Assembly: GCA_002731825.1 (NCBI GenBank)
Contig: PCCS01000006.1
Span: 99,311-163,310 of the forward strand
Direction of reading: 5' to 3'
From: Myxococcales bacterium
Lineage (GTDB): Bacteria > Myxococcota_A > Bradymonadia > UBA7976 > UBA1532
Length of the DNA stretch: 64,000 nt
Shown here: one piece after another, positions 9,094-18,051 of the stretch
Numbering within the stretch: position 1 is the first letter of the stretch
How the letters are laid out: each line of letters starts with the position of its first letter
Position numbers and translations under genes: made by a program
The notes under the pieces: model-generated
What the model was told of the DNA's origin: nothing
The model's input: only the letters and a program-made list of their open reading frames with translations
The model's database searches: none

Positions 9094-10272
9094 TCATAGT
9101 CCTGCAGCCTTTCTCAATGCGTCCGCTTTGTCGGTACGCTCCCAAATGAATTCTGGTTCTTCTCGTCCGAAGTGGCCGTATGCCGCCGTTTTCCGATAGA
9201 TCGGACGAAGCAATTGCAGATGTTCGATGATACCTTGAGGTTTCAAGGGAAAGTGCTCTCTAACCAATTCGCTGATTCTAGTCGGGTCAATTTTTGATGT
9301 TCCAAAGGTATCCACATAGACAGAAACCGGTTCGGCAACACCAATCGCATACGCGAGTTGAACTTCAGCACGTTCAGCTAAGCCGGCTGCGACAATATTT
9401 TTAGCGATGTAGCGGGACATATAGGCTGCACTGCGATCGACCTTCGATGGGTCTTTACCGCTGAAAGCACCGCCACCATGTCGACCCATACCACCATATG
9501 TATCGACGATAATCTTGCGTCCGGTCAGCCCACAATCTCCTTGCGGACCACCGATGACAAATTTGCCTGTTGGATTGATGTGGAAAACCGTGTCTGCATC
9601 GATCATATCCAATGGTACGACCGGGTCGATCACATCGCGTTTAATGCCATCTCTTAAAATTTCGTTGGTCAGTTCTTCACCCTTGTATGTCTCGTCGTGC
9701 TGACTCGAGATGACGATTGCGGAAATCCGCTTGGGTTTACCATCGACATACTCGACGGACACTTGGCTTTTACCGTCGGGTCTAAGATACGGAAGAGTTC
9801 CGTTCTTTCTGACTTCAGCCAGGCGTGCTGTGAGCTTGTGGGACAGAAGAATCGGCAATGGCATGAGTTCGGCTGTGTCGTTACATGCATACCCGAACAT
9901 CAAGCCCTGGTCGCCTGCACCTTGTTCTGCGTGATCACCACGGCCCACATCAACACCCATCGCGATATCGTCGGATTGACCGTCCAGCGCAACAAGAATT
10001 CCACATGTATCGGCGTCGAACCCTTTTTTGGAATCATCATATCCAATGTCACGAATTGTCTTTCGAACAATATCGGCGTAATTGACGACCGCATTGCTCG
10101 TGATCTCGCCAGCCAGGTTGACATAGCCCGTCTTGATCAACGTCTCACACGCAACACGGCTGCGGGGATCTTGCTCAAGTAGGGCATCGAGAATCGCATC
10201 TGAAATTTGGTCTGCGATCTTGTCTGGGTGACCTTCAGACACCGACTCGGATGTGAAGATGTAACTTGCCAT
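9094..10272 (-). CDS. metK: S-adenosylmethionine synthetase
   Basis: [44 protein letters not shown] and other MetK signatures. The start is taken at the internal ATG at 10272, which has AGGAGA 6 nt upstream. The ORF is open back to 10329. Confidence 0.95.
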   Translation of the reverse strand: MASYIFTSESVSEGHPDKIADQISDAILDALLEQDPRSRVACETLIKTGYVNLAGEITSNAVVNYADIVRKTIRDIGYDDSKKGFDADTCGILVALDGQSDDIAMGVDVGRGDHAEQGAGDQGLMFGYACNDTAELMPLPILLSHKLTARLAEVRKNGTLPYLRPDGKSQVSVEYVDGKPKRISAIVISSQHDETYKGEELTNEILRDGIKRDVIDPVVPLDMIDADTVFHINPTGKFVIGGPQGDCGLTGRKIIVDTYGGMGRHGGGAFSGKDPSKVDRSAAYMSRYIAKNIVAAGLAERAEVQLAYAIGVAEPVSVYVDTFGTSKIDPTRISELVREHFPLKPQGIIEHLQLLRPIYRKTAAYGHFGREEPEFIWERTDKADALRKAAGL

Positions 10273-10544
10273 CTGAAATCTCCTGCTGGAAAAGTGGCTT
10301 ATACTGATGATCGATGGTCTCTGTGTCAATGGCAGAAGTGATTATTTGCGGCAATTTAGCCGTTCTGACGGTATTTTTACCTAATCCCAGGTTGATTTTC
10401 GCAAACAACCATGGATTTTGGCGTGGGTGGTGACTTTCATTGATGTCCATTTAAGAGGGATAATCGTCGCTAAATTAATGGGATCCGAATGATTATTTTT
10501 ATTGATTCATTAACTCAGTCCTGTTTGCGTCAAGGCGCTCGATA

Positions 10545-11594
10545 ATGTCTCCTGGATGGCCTTCAATGTCACTTTTAAGACCCTTGATATACCTTTGGAT
10601 CGTGAGCGGACTTTTCCTGGCTTGCCAAAGTGAAAATTATGAAGAATCTGGTCAATTGCGAAGAGAGCTGACCCGGTTTGTTCGTGTCAATGAAGGGCCC
10701 CCTTCGGCGGTTGATCCAAGGCCGTTAATTATCAAATCGATGGGATACGATGTTGGGCGACGACTTTCTGTTCTCCATGGGAAGTCACTCAAGACGGTTG
10801 TTGAATTGTCGGCGCGAACTCAGGGCGGTGCGGCCTTTGATCTGGTGGATATCTCAACAACTCACATCGACATCGAAGGATCCTGGATTCATTCCATCGA
10901 AACCACCTTGAATCGCCAAGATGAGCACAAACATTCTCGTGTTTTGGGATGCTTGCACGTCGACGATAAGGCGATGATCAAGCGGGCATCAAATTCATGG
11001 ATTCAGTTTCAACCAGCTCACATCTACGATCAAAACTGTCTTGATCCGTCGCTGAATTGGCTTCCTCAACTCATCAAAACAACGCAGACACAGAATCAGG
11101 CTGATTTCGAAGTGACTGGGTCATCCGAAAAATGGCAAATCCTCACCCTCTCGCGTCTGAGTACACTCCATTCTAAAGCTGAATCTATGCCGTCTAGGCC
11201 ATTTAATTGGGACCTTTTACTCGGTGAGAATGAACAGTATTTCTCGTCTATGCTCGCTCGGTATGGAACATTAATATCCTTAAAAGGCCGATTAGAGTTT
11301 CATAGCGATATCGGGTCAATCAGGTCTGGAGAAATGGAGTTGAAATACTCATTTAGTGGAAAGTCCGCATTCACAATGACCATAAAAATACGAGTTCAAT
11401 CACTCCCATTTCTCGACCGTATAAAGCAGCCTGAACATCGGCTTATGAAACCCCGAGCATCCTTGAAACCTGCCTACGAAAAATTGACCGGTTATGAATT
11501 TAATCGACCTAATTTGATACTGGGCTTGCAGCCGTCGCACAAAGAACCGAAAGTGTTACCGGCATCTAAAAGAGCCCCAGACACGAAGAGATAG
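10545..11594 (+). CDS. hypothetical lipoprotein
   Basis: 349 aa with a signal peptide and lipobox (LFLACQ). I recognise no catalytic motif. It abuts proB with 8 nt between them, so the two are probably co-transcribed. Confidence 0.45.
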   Translation: MSPGWPSMSLLRPLIYLWIVSGLFLACQSENYEESGQLRRELTRFVRVNEGPPSAVDPRPLIIKSMGYDVGRRLSVLHGKSLKTVVELSARTQGGAAFDLVDISTTHIDIEGSWIHSIETTLNRQDEHKHSRVLGCLHVDDKAMIKRASNSWIQFQPAHIYDQNCLDPSLNWLPQLIKTTQTQNQADFEVTGSSEKWQILTLSRLSTLHSKAESMPSRPFNWDLLLGENEQYFSSMLARYGTLISLKGRLEFHSDIGSIRSGEMELKYSFSGKSAFTMTIKIRVQSLPFLDRIKQPEHRLMKPRASLKPAYEKLTGYEFNRPNLILGLQPSHKEPKVLPASKRAPDTKR

Positions 11595-11602
11595 GATTCC
11601 TG

Positions 11603-12739
11603 ATGAGACAAAGCACGTTGGGCGGAGCAAAGCGAATCGTAATCAAAATCGGCAGCTCTGTTTTGAGAGATGGATCTGACTTTGATCGTGTCACTTTTGC
11701 ATCCATAGTTCGAGGAATCGCCTACCTTCGCGCTCAAGGGGTCGAATGCATCGTCGTTTGTAGCGGAGCCGTCGCTCTTGGGTTCCCTGAGCTTGGTTTA
11801 CTCGACCGCCCGAAAAGAATCGAACGCCTCCAGGCCTCAGCGGCCGTTGGTCAAGGTCGATTAATCAGATTTTGGACAGACGAACTTAATCATTATGAAT
11901 TGACGGCCGCGCAAGTCTTACTCACGCACGACGATTTAAAAAATCGAAAGCGGTTTCTCGCAGCTCGTCACACGTTGCGAGCGCTTTTGGAATTGGGGGC
12001 CATTCCAATCATCAATGAAAATGACACGGTGGCCATAGAAGAAATCAAGATGGGGGATAATGACCTCTTATCGAGCCAAGTCGTCAGTTTAACAGGTGCC
12101 AGCGCTCTCGTCATTCTGTCAGACGTTGATGGTTTTTATGTAGATAACCCTGACAATGCAGGCATTCGTGTTGCTGATTATATCTCTGAAATTACGGAAG
12201 ATCTGATGAGCAAAGCGGGGGAGAGTTCGACCGGTCTTGGTAGCGGAGGTATGCGAACAAAACTGGAAGCGGTTCGTCAGGTCAATGAACTTGGTATTGT
12301 TGCCATTATCGGCCGAGGAAAAGTACCCACTGTACTGGAACGAATCTTCGCGGGTGATAATCTCGGTACGTGGTTTGACAGCGGGGGTATCAAGAGGTCA
12401 CGTCGTAAACATTGGATTGCTTACGCGCATAAAGTGGAAGGTCGCTTGATTGTTGATGAGGGAGCTTGCTCAGCAATAACAGACAAAGGCCGAAGTTTGT
12501 TGCCGATCGGTATCACGCATGTTGAAGGGGACTTTGATGTTGGTGCAGCGGTCGATATTTGCACTCATGATGGGAACTCATTCGCGCGTGGACTGGTGGC
12601 CTATGATTCAGAGACACTTCGAGGGATTAAAGGTCAGAGAACCGATGAACACAGAGGCATTTCCAGAGTGGAAGTAATCCATAGAGACGACTTAGCTCTC
12701 TTGTCATCAATATCCGCTGAGGTTGACGGGGTAAAATAA
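11603..12739 (+). CDS. proB: glutamate 5-kinase (with a C-terminal PUA domain)
   Basis: 378 aa. It has RIVIKIGSSVL, an amino-acid kinase fold, and a C-terminal PUA-like segment (RLIVDEGACSAITDKGRSLLPIGI). Confidence 0.9.
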   Translation: MRQSTLGGAKRIVIKIGSSVLRDGSDFDRVTFASIVRGIAYLRAQGVECIVVCSGAVALGFPELGLLDRPKRIERLQASAAVGQGRLIRFWTDELNHYELTAAQVLLTHDDLKNRKRFLAARHTLRALLELGAIPIINENDTVAIEEIKMGDNDLLSSQVVSLTGASALVILSDVDGFYVDNPDNAGIRVADYISEITEDLMSKAGESSTGLGSGGMRTKLEAVRQVNELGIVAIIGRGKVPTVLERIFAGDNLGTWFDSGGIKRSRRKHWIAYAHKVEGRLIVDEGACSAITDKGRSLLPIGITHVEGDFDVGAAVDICTHDGNSFARGLVAYDSETLRGIKGQRTDEHRGISRVEVIHRDDLALLSSISAEVDGVK

Positions 12740-15700
12740 GACCTCGCTTAAGTCTCGACCACTTGCATCTGTAACGACTTTTACAGTGCCAATGAATGCA
12801 TCATTATTCATAATTTCTAAGCTATTAGAATAGCCTACGGCCCCGTCCGACTCTATGACGATTGGGTCTGGCAACCACTGTCCATTACGTCGAATATTCA
12901 AGAGCAGGTCATTGCGAGTCGAATCTTGGTAAATGGCAACCAGTCGATTGTTTTGATCTGTCTTCAAATCGGGTGATGCACCGATAATCGATCTCTGTTC
13001 TCTTGGGCCAGAATCAACAACTTGAATAAGGCCCTGACCATCGATCGATCCATGATAACTCATCAAGGCCCATGTGCGTTCATTGGTGAACACCAGGTTT
13101 ATATCTCCGTTTTGTGAATCGATTGAACAATGTTCGCCGATCTCATGGTTATTAAAATCCATATAACGTTCGTCCTGGTCTACGATCGTTGTGTCATCCA
13201 GTTGGCCTTGAAGGCGCTTGACCCGGAAGCCTTGGACGCCGCCCCGAGCAAAATAAATCCATTTTTCATGACCCGAAATAAAGGCGGTGACCACTTGATC
13301 ACCATCGAGCGTCATACATGGTCTTTGACCGAAACGTGTCGGTACAGCTCTCATTGGTTCGACCGGACCCCGACTTGGTTCAGATGCAATTGTAACGACT
13401 TCGAAATGGGATTGATTTTCGGCTGTATTGGACCCTAATGCATACCGTAGTCCATCGTAACCATTGGAATCATTGAGTACGGAATAAATCAGGTGCGGGC
13501 GGTCGAGTTGGTCGATCTTCAATTTGACATAGCGGCCAACATCGCCACTGGAATCAACGACGATTGGGCCGGTCCAACGGTCTTGCCCATCTCGCCTCAT
13601 ATATCTCAGATGCTTTGCATCTGCGTCGTAATAAGCAAAGTGTAGACGACCGGCCGAATCGGATTCAATTTGGGGATATAAGCCTCGGACAGGTCCTGGC
13701 ATCCGCTCTCCATGGCGCGTCAAACTTGGTAGAGGGTGGTCCATCATACTTGGAAATCCATCCATGTAATAATGAGATTCAGAGACGGTACCGAACTCGG
13801 TGATCAAAACCAGATCTTCGTAAAATGAATCGAAGACAGCAAAGATGGGTTTGCCATCGACAATGGCCATGTCAGCCTCTCTTGCAATGGCGCCAACATC
13901 TTGTCCGAATGAGGTGATACATTCACAGATAACGGCATCGAGATCGCAAACGGCTTGACTCAATTGGATTGAATCGAGCGCGATTCGAACCGAGCCATTT
14001 GGGCATGTTTGCGCGCAGTTTCCTTGCAGGATACGACACACATTTCGATGGGGTATACAGGTTTCGTCAGGTCCACAACGGGCCCCGCATGGTGTATTTT
14101 CAACACATAGATTCCGGACGCATTTTACACCATTGCATTCAGAGTCTTGTTCACATTCGCGGGCTACACAGTAATCATTGAAGCAGACTTGATGGGGTAA
14201 GCATCCAGAATTTTGACAGTCATCGGTTGGCGCCGACCGACATTTTCCCTGCTGACATATCTGTATTGCGCAGCATTGGTCATCTGATTGGCATGGTCTC
14301 TGGGGCCGGCAGAAATTATCAAGGCATGCCAGGCCATTTGGACATTCAGCATCGGTTGAACAGGGTAAATCCGGCGCTTTAGATGGGCCTTGGCATGCCC
14401 CACATACAACCATGAGAACAATGGCTGCACCCAACCTGGACCGAAACCGACGACGACATAAAAACAAGATACCCAAGCAGATAAATACATCTGAACTATT
14501 TTGATTCGGATTAGAGTTGCAACCCTGAGCTGAAGCTGAATTTTCATCCGTTAGATGGTCATATAAGTCGGGATGATAAACGAGGCTCACAGGCCGATTA
14601 TCGAATCGTTTGGGATCGTCTTTATCCACCGCCCGAACCTCTAAAGTTTGGTTCGTTTTCAAACCAAATCGCGGCTCTGACACGTTTATATAACCGGCGT
14701 CTGCATTTCGCATTGGTCTCCACAAACCGCCGTTGAATCGATATTGATAGGCTGGATTTCGAATCCCTTTAGAGCCGACTTTGACCCGTGCATTGGAGCC
14801 ATTAATCTGCTTAATTTCAGCCCAGGTCTCGATTTGTTTTCTAAGGGCATTTGAACCTGACTCAGGCATGAGGTTCATATAAATTCCGAGGTGATCACCA
14901 TCGGTGCCTGTCGACGATATCGTTGAGATATTTAAGTCATAGGGTAGGCCGGTGATTTCTGAAACGAGGCCTGTTAAGGAAAAGTCGACGTCGAGTCCAT
15001 CGTTCAAGAATGAGCCTATCGCTACATCCAGCATTGCTCTCAGCAATGCATCGACGTCATCGGATTCTAAGAGTTCGTTGTAGGTCACACGAATCTCGCC
15101 GATCCGCGGTGCTTCGCCTGTTAAAATAAGCTCATTGTTTTGCCCGGCTTGAATTACAAGGTCTATTTCAGCATCGGTGATGACCTGAGTCATGCGGGTC
15201 CATCGCTCATTGAGATAGACATACATATCAATCCCTAAGCGCGGCAATTTCAGCTCTATGCCCGCTTGAGGCATCGATGCGGCCGTCTCCACATTCTTTA
15301 ATTTCGTGAGCGGGAAGTCGGATTGGTCAAAGCGGGGGTCCAGGACAACCATTATGGGTGTCGCCTTTTTAGCTAGGGTCGATAAGCTCGGTAAAAATAT
15401 AGACAGTGTGTCTGAATCGATTCGACTTCCAAGGCTTGTTTCAATTTGATCTGAATTGAGTCTCAGACATAAATATCCAGCACGCCAGAAACTCCAAATG
15501 AGTCGATTAAGTGTGCCGTTGGCCACGCTCATTCCGAAATGAGCAGGATTTCCGTTAGGGTCCGACCCGCTTAGGTCTGGTGCAGGCCCTGACAGGAATC
15601 TTGGCTCACCTACTTGTCCTGGAACGCAGGGATGATCGGCACTTTCGCTCCCGATGTTCAATCTCAGACCAATACCCGAATTTTCATTTTCTCCAGAAAT

Positions 15701-16588
15701 GTATTCGAGTGCGCTCGAACCTGGTTCTAATAAAACACCAATTTTATTGGCATCTCGGGGTAATGGCAGGATGGCCGATAGAATACTGGGCAGGAATTGG
15801 CCTTCAAATAAGAGTGGAGTGTCATTTAACTCAGAAAGGGTTTCATTAACGATGATTTCAACAACCGGTGTAATCAATGACCCGATTTCTTCGCTAAAAG
15901 CTCGATAGAGTATCTCTGTAACCGCGGCGCCTAGCTCACCTGTACTGCATAGAGTTGCGCAATTTGCAGTCCGACACTCTGGAAGTGTTTGGTCGAATAT
16001 AAAGTCTAAATTGATGTCACTTAAGACGAGATTGTCGACGTTTACTTCGGTTGTTAAGAGGCCATCAGAATCGATTGATGGATAAAGGGTTACCGTCAGA
16101 TTTGCTAATGCAAAAGATTCATTTACGGTTCCTCTATCAACCCCATTTCCCAGCTGACATGCACCGTTGAATAGTCCCATTATGCTGGCTATTCCCGAGT
16201 CAAACCGAAGGCGCGCATTTTGAATATCAACTCGAATAGCAAACGGGTTTGGTAATAATTCGATACCTAATCCGGCTCTTCGAAGTTCGACACCAAGATT
16301 TAAATCTCGAGCTGCAACCGAGATGCTGTCTCCATCTCGTCCAAAGTCAGAGATTGGAATACTCGCCCACCCATTTGAATCGATGTTGAAGAGAAGCCCG
16401 ACCAGTGTTTCTCTATTTTCGTAAATGAAGTCAAAACCCCGCGATGTAATGACGCCCTGGACGCTATCTTCGATCACGTTTGTTGCTGTTTTTACAAATT
16501 GATAATCAGACTCGCTCGAGCAACTTCGGAAAGACGAACTGCTGGAGCAACCCATGATCAATATGATTAGAAATATGGACCTACGCAT
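12707..16588 (-). CDS. Large secreted / cell-surface protein (1293 aa). It has an N-terminal lipoprotein signal, a central hydrophobic/RRR sorting-like segment, Cys-rich CxxxxxC repeats, and a C-terminal beta-propeller/Asp-box-like region. It may be two fused genes.
   Basis: The N-terminus is MRRSIFLIILIMGCSSS. Residues ~689-730 (nt 14399..14524) read QGCNSNPNQNSSDVFICLGILFLCRRRFRSRLGAAIVLMVVCGAC. These are followed by at least 8 spaced-Cys repeats (CPNGLACLDNFC, CQSDDQCCAIQIC, ...), then repeated SxDxG-like blocks. It lies 8 nt downstream of the FHA-GGDEF gene on the same strand. Confidence 0.55.
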   Translation of the reverse strand: MRRSIFLIILIMGCSSSSSFRSCSSESDYQFVKTATNVIEDSVQGVITSRGFDFIYENRETLVGLLFNIDSNGWASIPISDFGRDGDSISVAARDLNLGVELRRAGLGIELLPNPFAIRVDIQNARLRFDSGIASIMGLFNGACQLGNGVDRGTVNESFALANLTVTLYPSIDSDGLLTTEVNVDNLVLSDINLDFIFDQTLPECRTANCATLCSTGELGAAVTEILYRAFSEEIGSLITPVVEIIVNETLSELNDTPLLFEGQFLPSILSAILPLPRDANKIGVLLEPGSSALEYISGENENSGIGLRLNIGSESADHPCVPGQVGEPRFLSGPAPDLSGSDPNGNPAHFGMSVANGTLNRLIWSFWRAGYLCLRLNSDQIETSLGSRIDSDTLSIFLPSLSTLAKKATPIMVVLDPRFDQSDFPLTKLKNVETAASMPQAGIELKLPRLGIDMYVYLNERWTRMTQVITDAEIDLVIQAGQNNELILTGEAPRIGEIRVTYNELLESDDVDALLRAMLDVAIGSFLNDGLDVDFSLTGLVSEITGLPYDLNISTISSTGTDGDHLGIYMNLMPESGSNALRKQIETWAEIKQINGSNARVKVGSKGIRNPAYQYRFNGGLWRPMRNADAGYINVSEPRFGLKTNQTLEVRAVDKDDPKRFDNRPVSLVYHPDLYDHLTDENSASAQGCNSNPNQNSSDVFICLGILFLCRRRFRSRLGAAIVLMVVCGACQGPSKAPDLPCSTDAECPNGLACLDNFCRPQRPCQSDDQCCAIQICQQGKCRSAPTDDCQNSGCLPHQVCFNDYCVARECEQDSECNGVKCVRNLCVENTPCGARCGPDETCIPHRNVCRILQGNCAQTCPNGSVRIALDSIQLSQAVCDLDAVICECITSFGQDVGAIAREADMAIVDGKPIFAVFDSFYEDLVLITEFGTVSESHYYMDGFPSMMDHPLPSLTRHGERMPGPVRGLYPQIESDSAGRLHFAYYDADAKHLRYMRRDGQDRWTGPIVVDSSGDVGRYVKLKIDQLDRPHLIYSVLNDSNGYDGLRYALGSNTAENQSHFEVVTIASEPSRGPVEPMRAVPTRFGQRPCMTLDGDQVVTAFISGHEKWIYFARGGVQGFRVKRLQGQLDDTTIVDQDERYMDFNNHEIGEHCSIDSQNGDINLVFTNERTWALMSYHGSIDGQGLIQVVDSGPREQRSIIGASPDLKTDQNNRLVAIYQDSTRNDLLLNIRRNGQWLPDPIVIESDGAVGYSNSLEIMNNDAFIGTVKVVTDASGRDLSEVLFYPVNLSGY

Positions 16589-16596
16589 GGTTGTTT

Positions 16597-17502
16597 TTAG
16601 CTAGAAACCTGGTTTCGGCCCTTGTCTTTTGCTCGATTTAAAGCATCGGTGGCATTCTCAACTAATTCCGATGACTTTGTCATTTTATGGTCGAATCGAC
16701 CCACACCGACGCTGATGCTGACCGGTATTTTCCAGCCATCGAACGCGATGGGCATGATTTCAACACTTTCTCTAATAATGTCGGCGAACTTAAGTGCATC
16801 ATCCAAATCGGTCTCTGGTAACGCAACAACGAACTCGTCAGCTTTGTAGCGAACGAACAATTCTTCTCTGCGAATACGTCGATTCAATTTACCGGCTACA
16901 AATTTTAATACATGGTCACCTGAGAGTTGACCGAATTGTTCGTTGATTTCTTTGAACCCGTCTATATCAAACATGATCAGCGACATGGGTCGACCATGCC
17001 GTCGACAACGGCTAATTTCTCGATCTAGAAATTCATCTAAATAGCGGCTGTTATAGATTTGAGTCAGTCCGTCGATGATGGCAATCCGGTAAATTTCTTC
17101 ATGGAAGGCTGATTCGATATCCTGCGTGTACAGAAACTTGAATATAGTTGCTCCCACCTTGATTAAATCACCATTTTCAATGGGCGCCCGGTCCACCACT
17201 TGATTGCTCAAATAGGTCCCATTGGTGCTCCCTAAATCGGTAATAAACCAGCCCGATTGCTCTCGAATAATCTCACAATGGAAACGAGACACGCTGTCAT
17301 CGTTAAGTGGGATATCTGCCCCTTCGTCTCGACCCAGCCTAATTCCTTTTGTTTCAGGATCTAGGACTTGTTTTTGGCCAAGTTTTGGTCCGCGAATCGT
17401 GACCAAGAGTGCGGTATGTCCGGTGTCATCTCGAGACAATCCCGGTTCTGTCGCAATGCTCGCGTCTGTTTTAGACATTCTTAAAACCTTTGAGCTGACC
17501 AT
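16597..17502 (-). CDS. FHA domain + degenerate GGDEF domain protein (putative c-di-GMP-related signalling protein, likely non-catalytic).
   Basis: N-terminal FHA (RLGRDEGADIPLNDDSVSRFHCEII...ITDLGSTNGTYLSNQ). The C-terminal GGDEF-fold carries KADEF in place of GG(D/E)EF and RREE in place of the RxxD I-site. Confidence 0.75.
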   Translation of the reverse strand: MVSSKVLRMSKTDASIATEPGLSRDDTGHTALLVTIRGPKLGQKQVLDPETKGIRLGRDEGADIPLNDDSVSRFHCEIIREQSGWFITDLGSTNGTYLSNQVVDRAPIENGDLIKVGATIFKFLYTQDIESAFHEEIYRIAIIDGLTQIYNSRYLDEFLDREISRCRRHGRPMSLIMFDIDGFKEINEQFGQLSGDHVLKFVAGKLNRRIRREELFVRYKADEFVVALPETDLDDALKFADIIRESVEIMPIAFDGWKIPVSISVGVGRFDHKMTKSSELVENATDALNRAKDKGRNQVSS

Positions 17503-17635
17503 CTGACATCTAAATTACAGGGCCGAGGTCTAGATGTAACGAGCATTGTGCATCCACCGCAAATAACCGTTTATGATCAGTCCTTGCGCACTTCACTCAC
17601 CATCGCTAGTGTGCCCTCTAAGTGAGGTTTATTGC

Positions 17636-18040
17636 ATGGACATCAGGGAATTTGAATCGGAATTTAGAGCACTTCGAACGGAATTGAGCGAACGGGGAAA
17701 CGTCGATTCATTCAATGCAGATACCTGCACAGTGTGTGTTCAATGCATGTTTTGTACCGACTGTGATGCCTGTTACGCGTGTCAATATGCTCAGTCGAGT
17801 GCACGATGCACGCATTGCACACACATTGACAACTGTTCAGATTGTCACGGTTGTAGTCACAGCCAGAGCAGTGTCCGTTGCGTAGACAGCCGGTACCTTT
17901 CCCACTGCGAAGACTGTTCAAATTGCACGTATTGTTACGGTTGTGTAGGGCTCGTTCGAAAAGAATTTCACATTCTTAACAAACCGTATGACCGCAAAAC
18001 CTACTTTAAACGAGTCAAGGAACTCGAATCGGCTCGCTAA
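17636..18040 (+). CDS. Small cytoplasmic Cys-rich protein (134 aa, 18 Cys in CxxC periodicity). Function unknown; putative metal-binding protein.
   Basis: Start at MDIREFESEF, with an RBS (AGTGAGG) 8 nt upstream. The core reads CTVCVQCMFCTDCDACYAC...CTHCTHIDNCSDCHGC...CEDCSNCTYCYGC. I see no signal peptide. The track ORF (17573) opens further upstream, but without an RBS. Confidence 0.5.
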   Translation: MDIREFESEFRALRTELSERGNVDSFNADTCTVCVQCMFCTDCDACYACQYAQSSARCTHCTHIDNCSDCHGCSHSQSSVRCVDSRYLSHCEDCSNCTYCYGCVGLVRKEFHILNKPYDRKTYFKRVKELESAR

Positions 18041-18051
18041 TCGATCCGCTT

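Noticed and set aside
9094-9097. ATGA stop/start overlap implying translational coupling of metK to ahcY.
   Set aside because: The coupling start at 9097 has only a poorly spaced SD (AGGA-N3), whereas the ATG at 9058 has AAGGAG-N9. I prefer 9058 as the ahcY start and list the coupling as an unresolved alternative.
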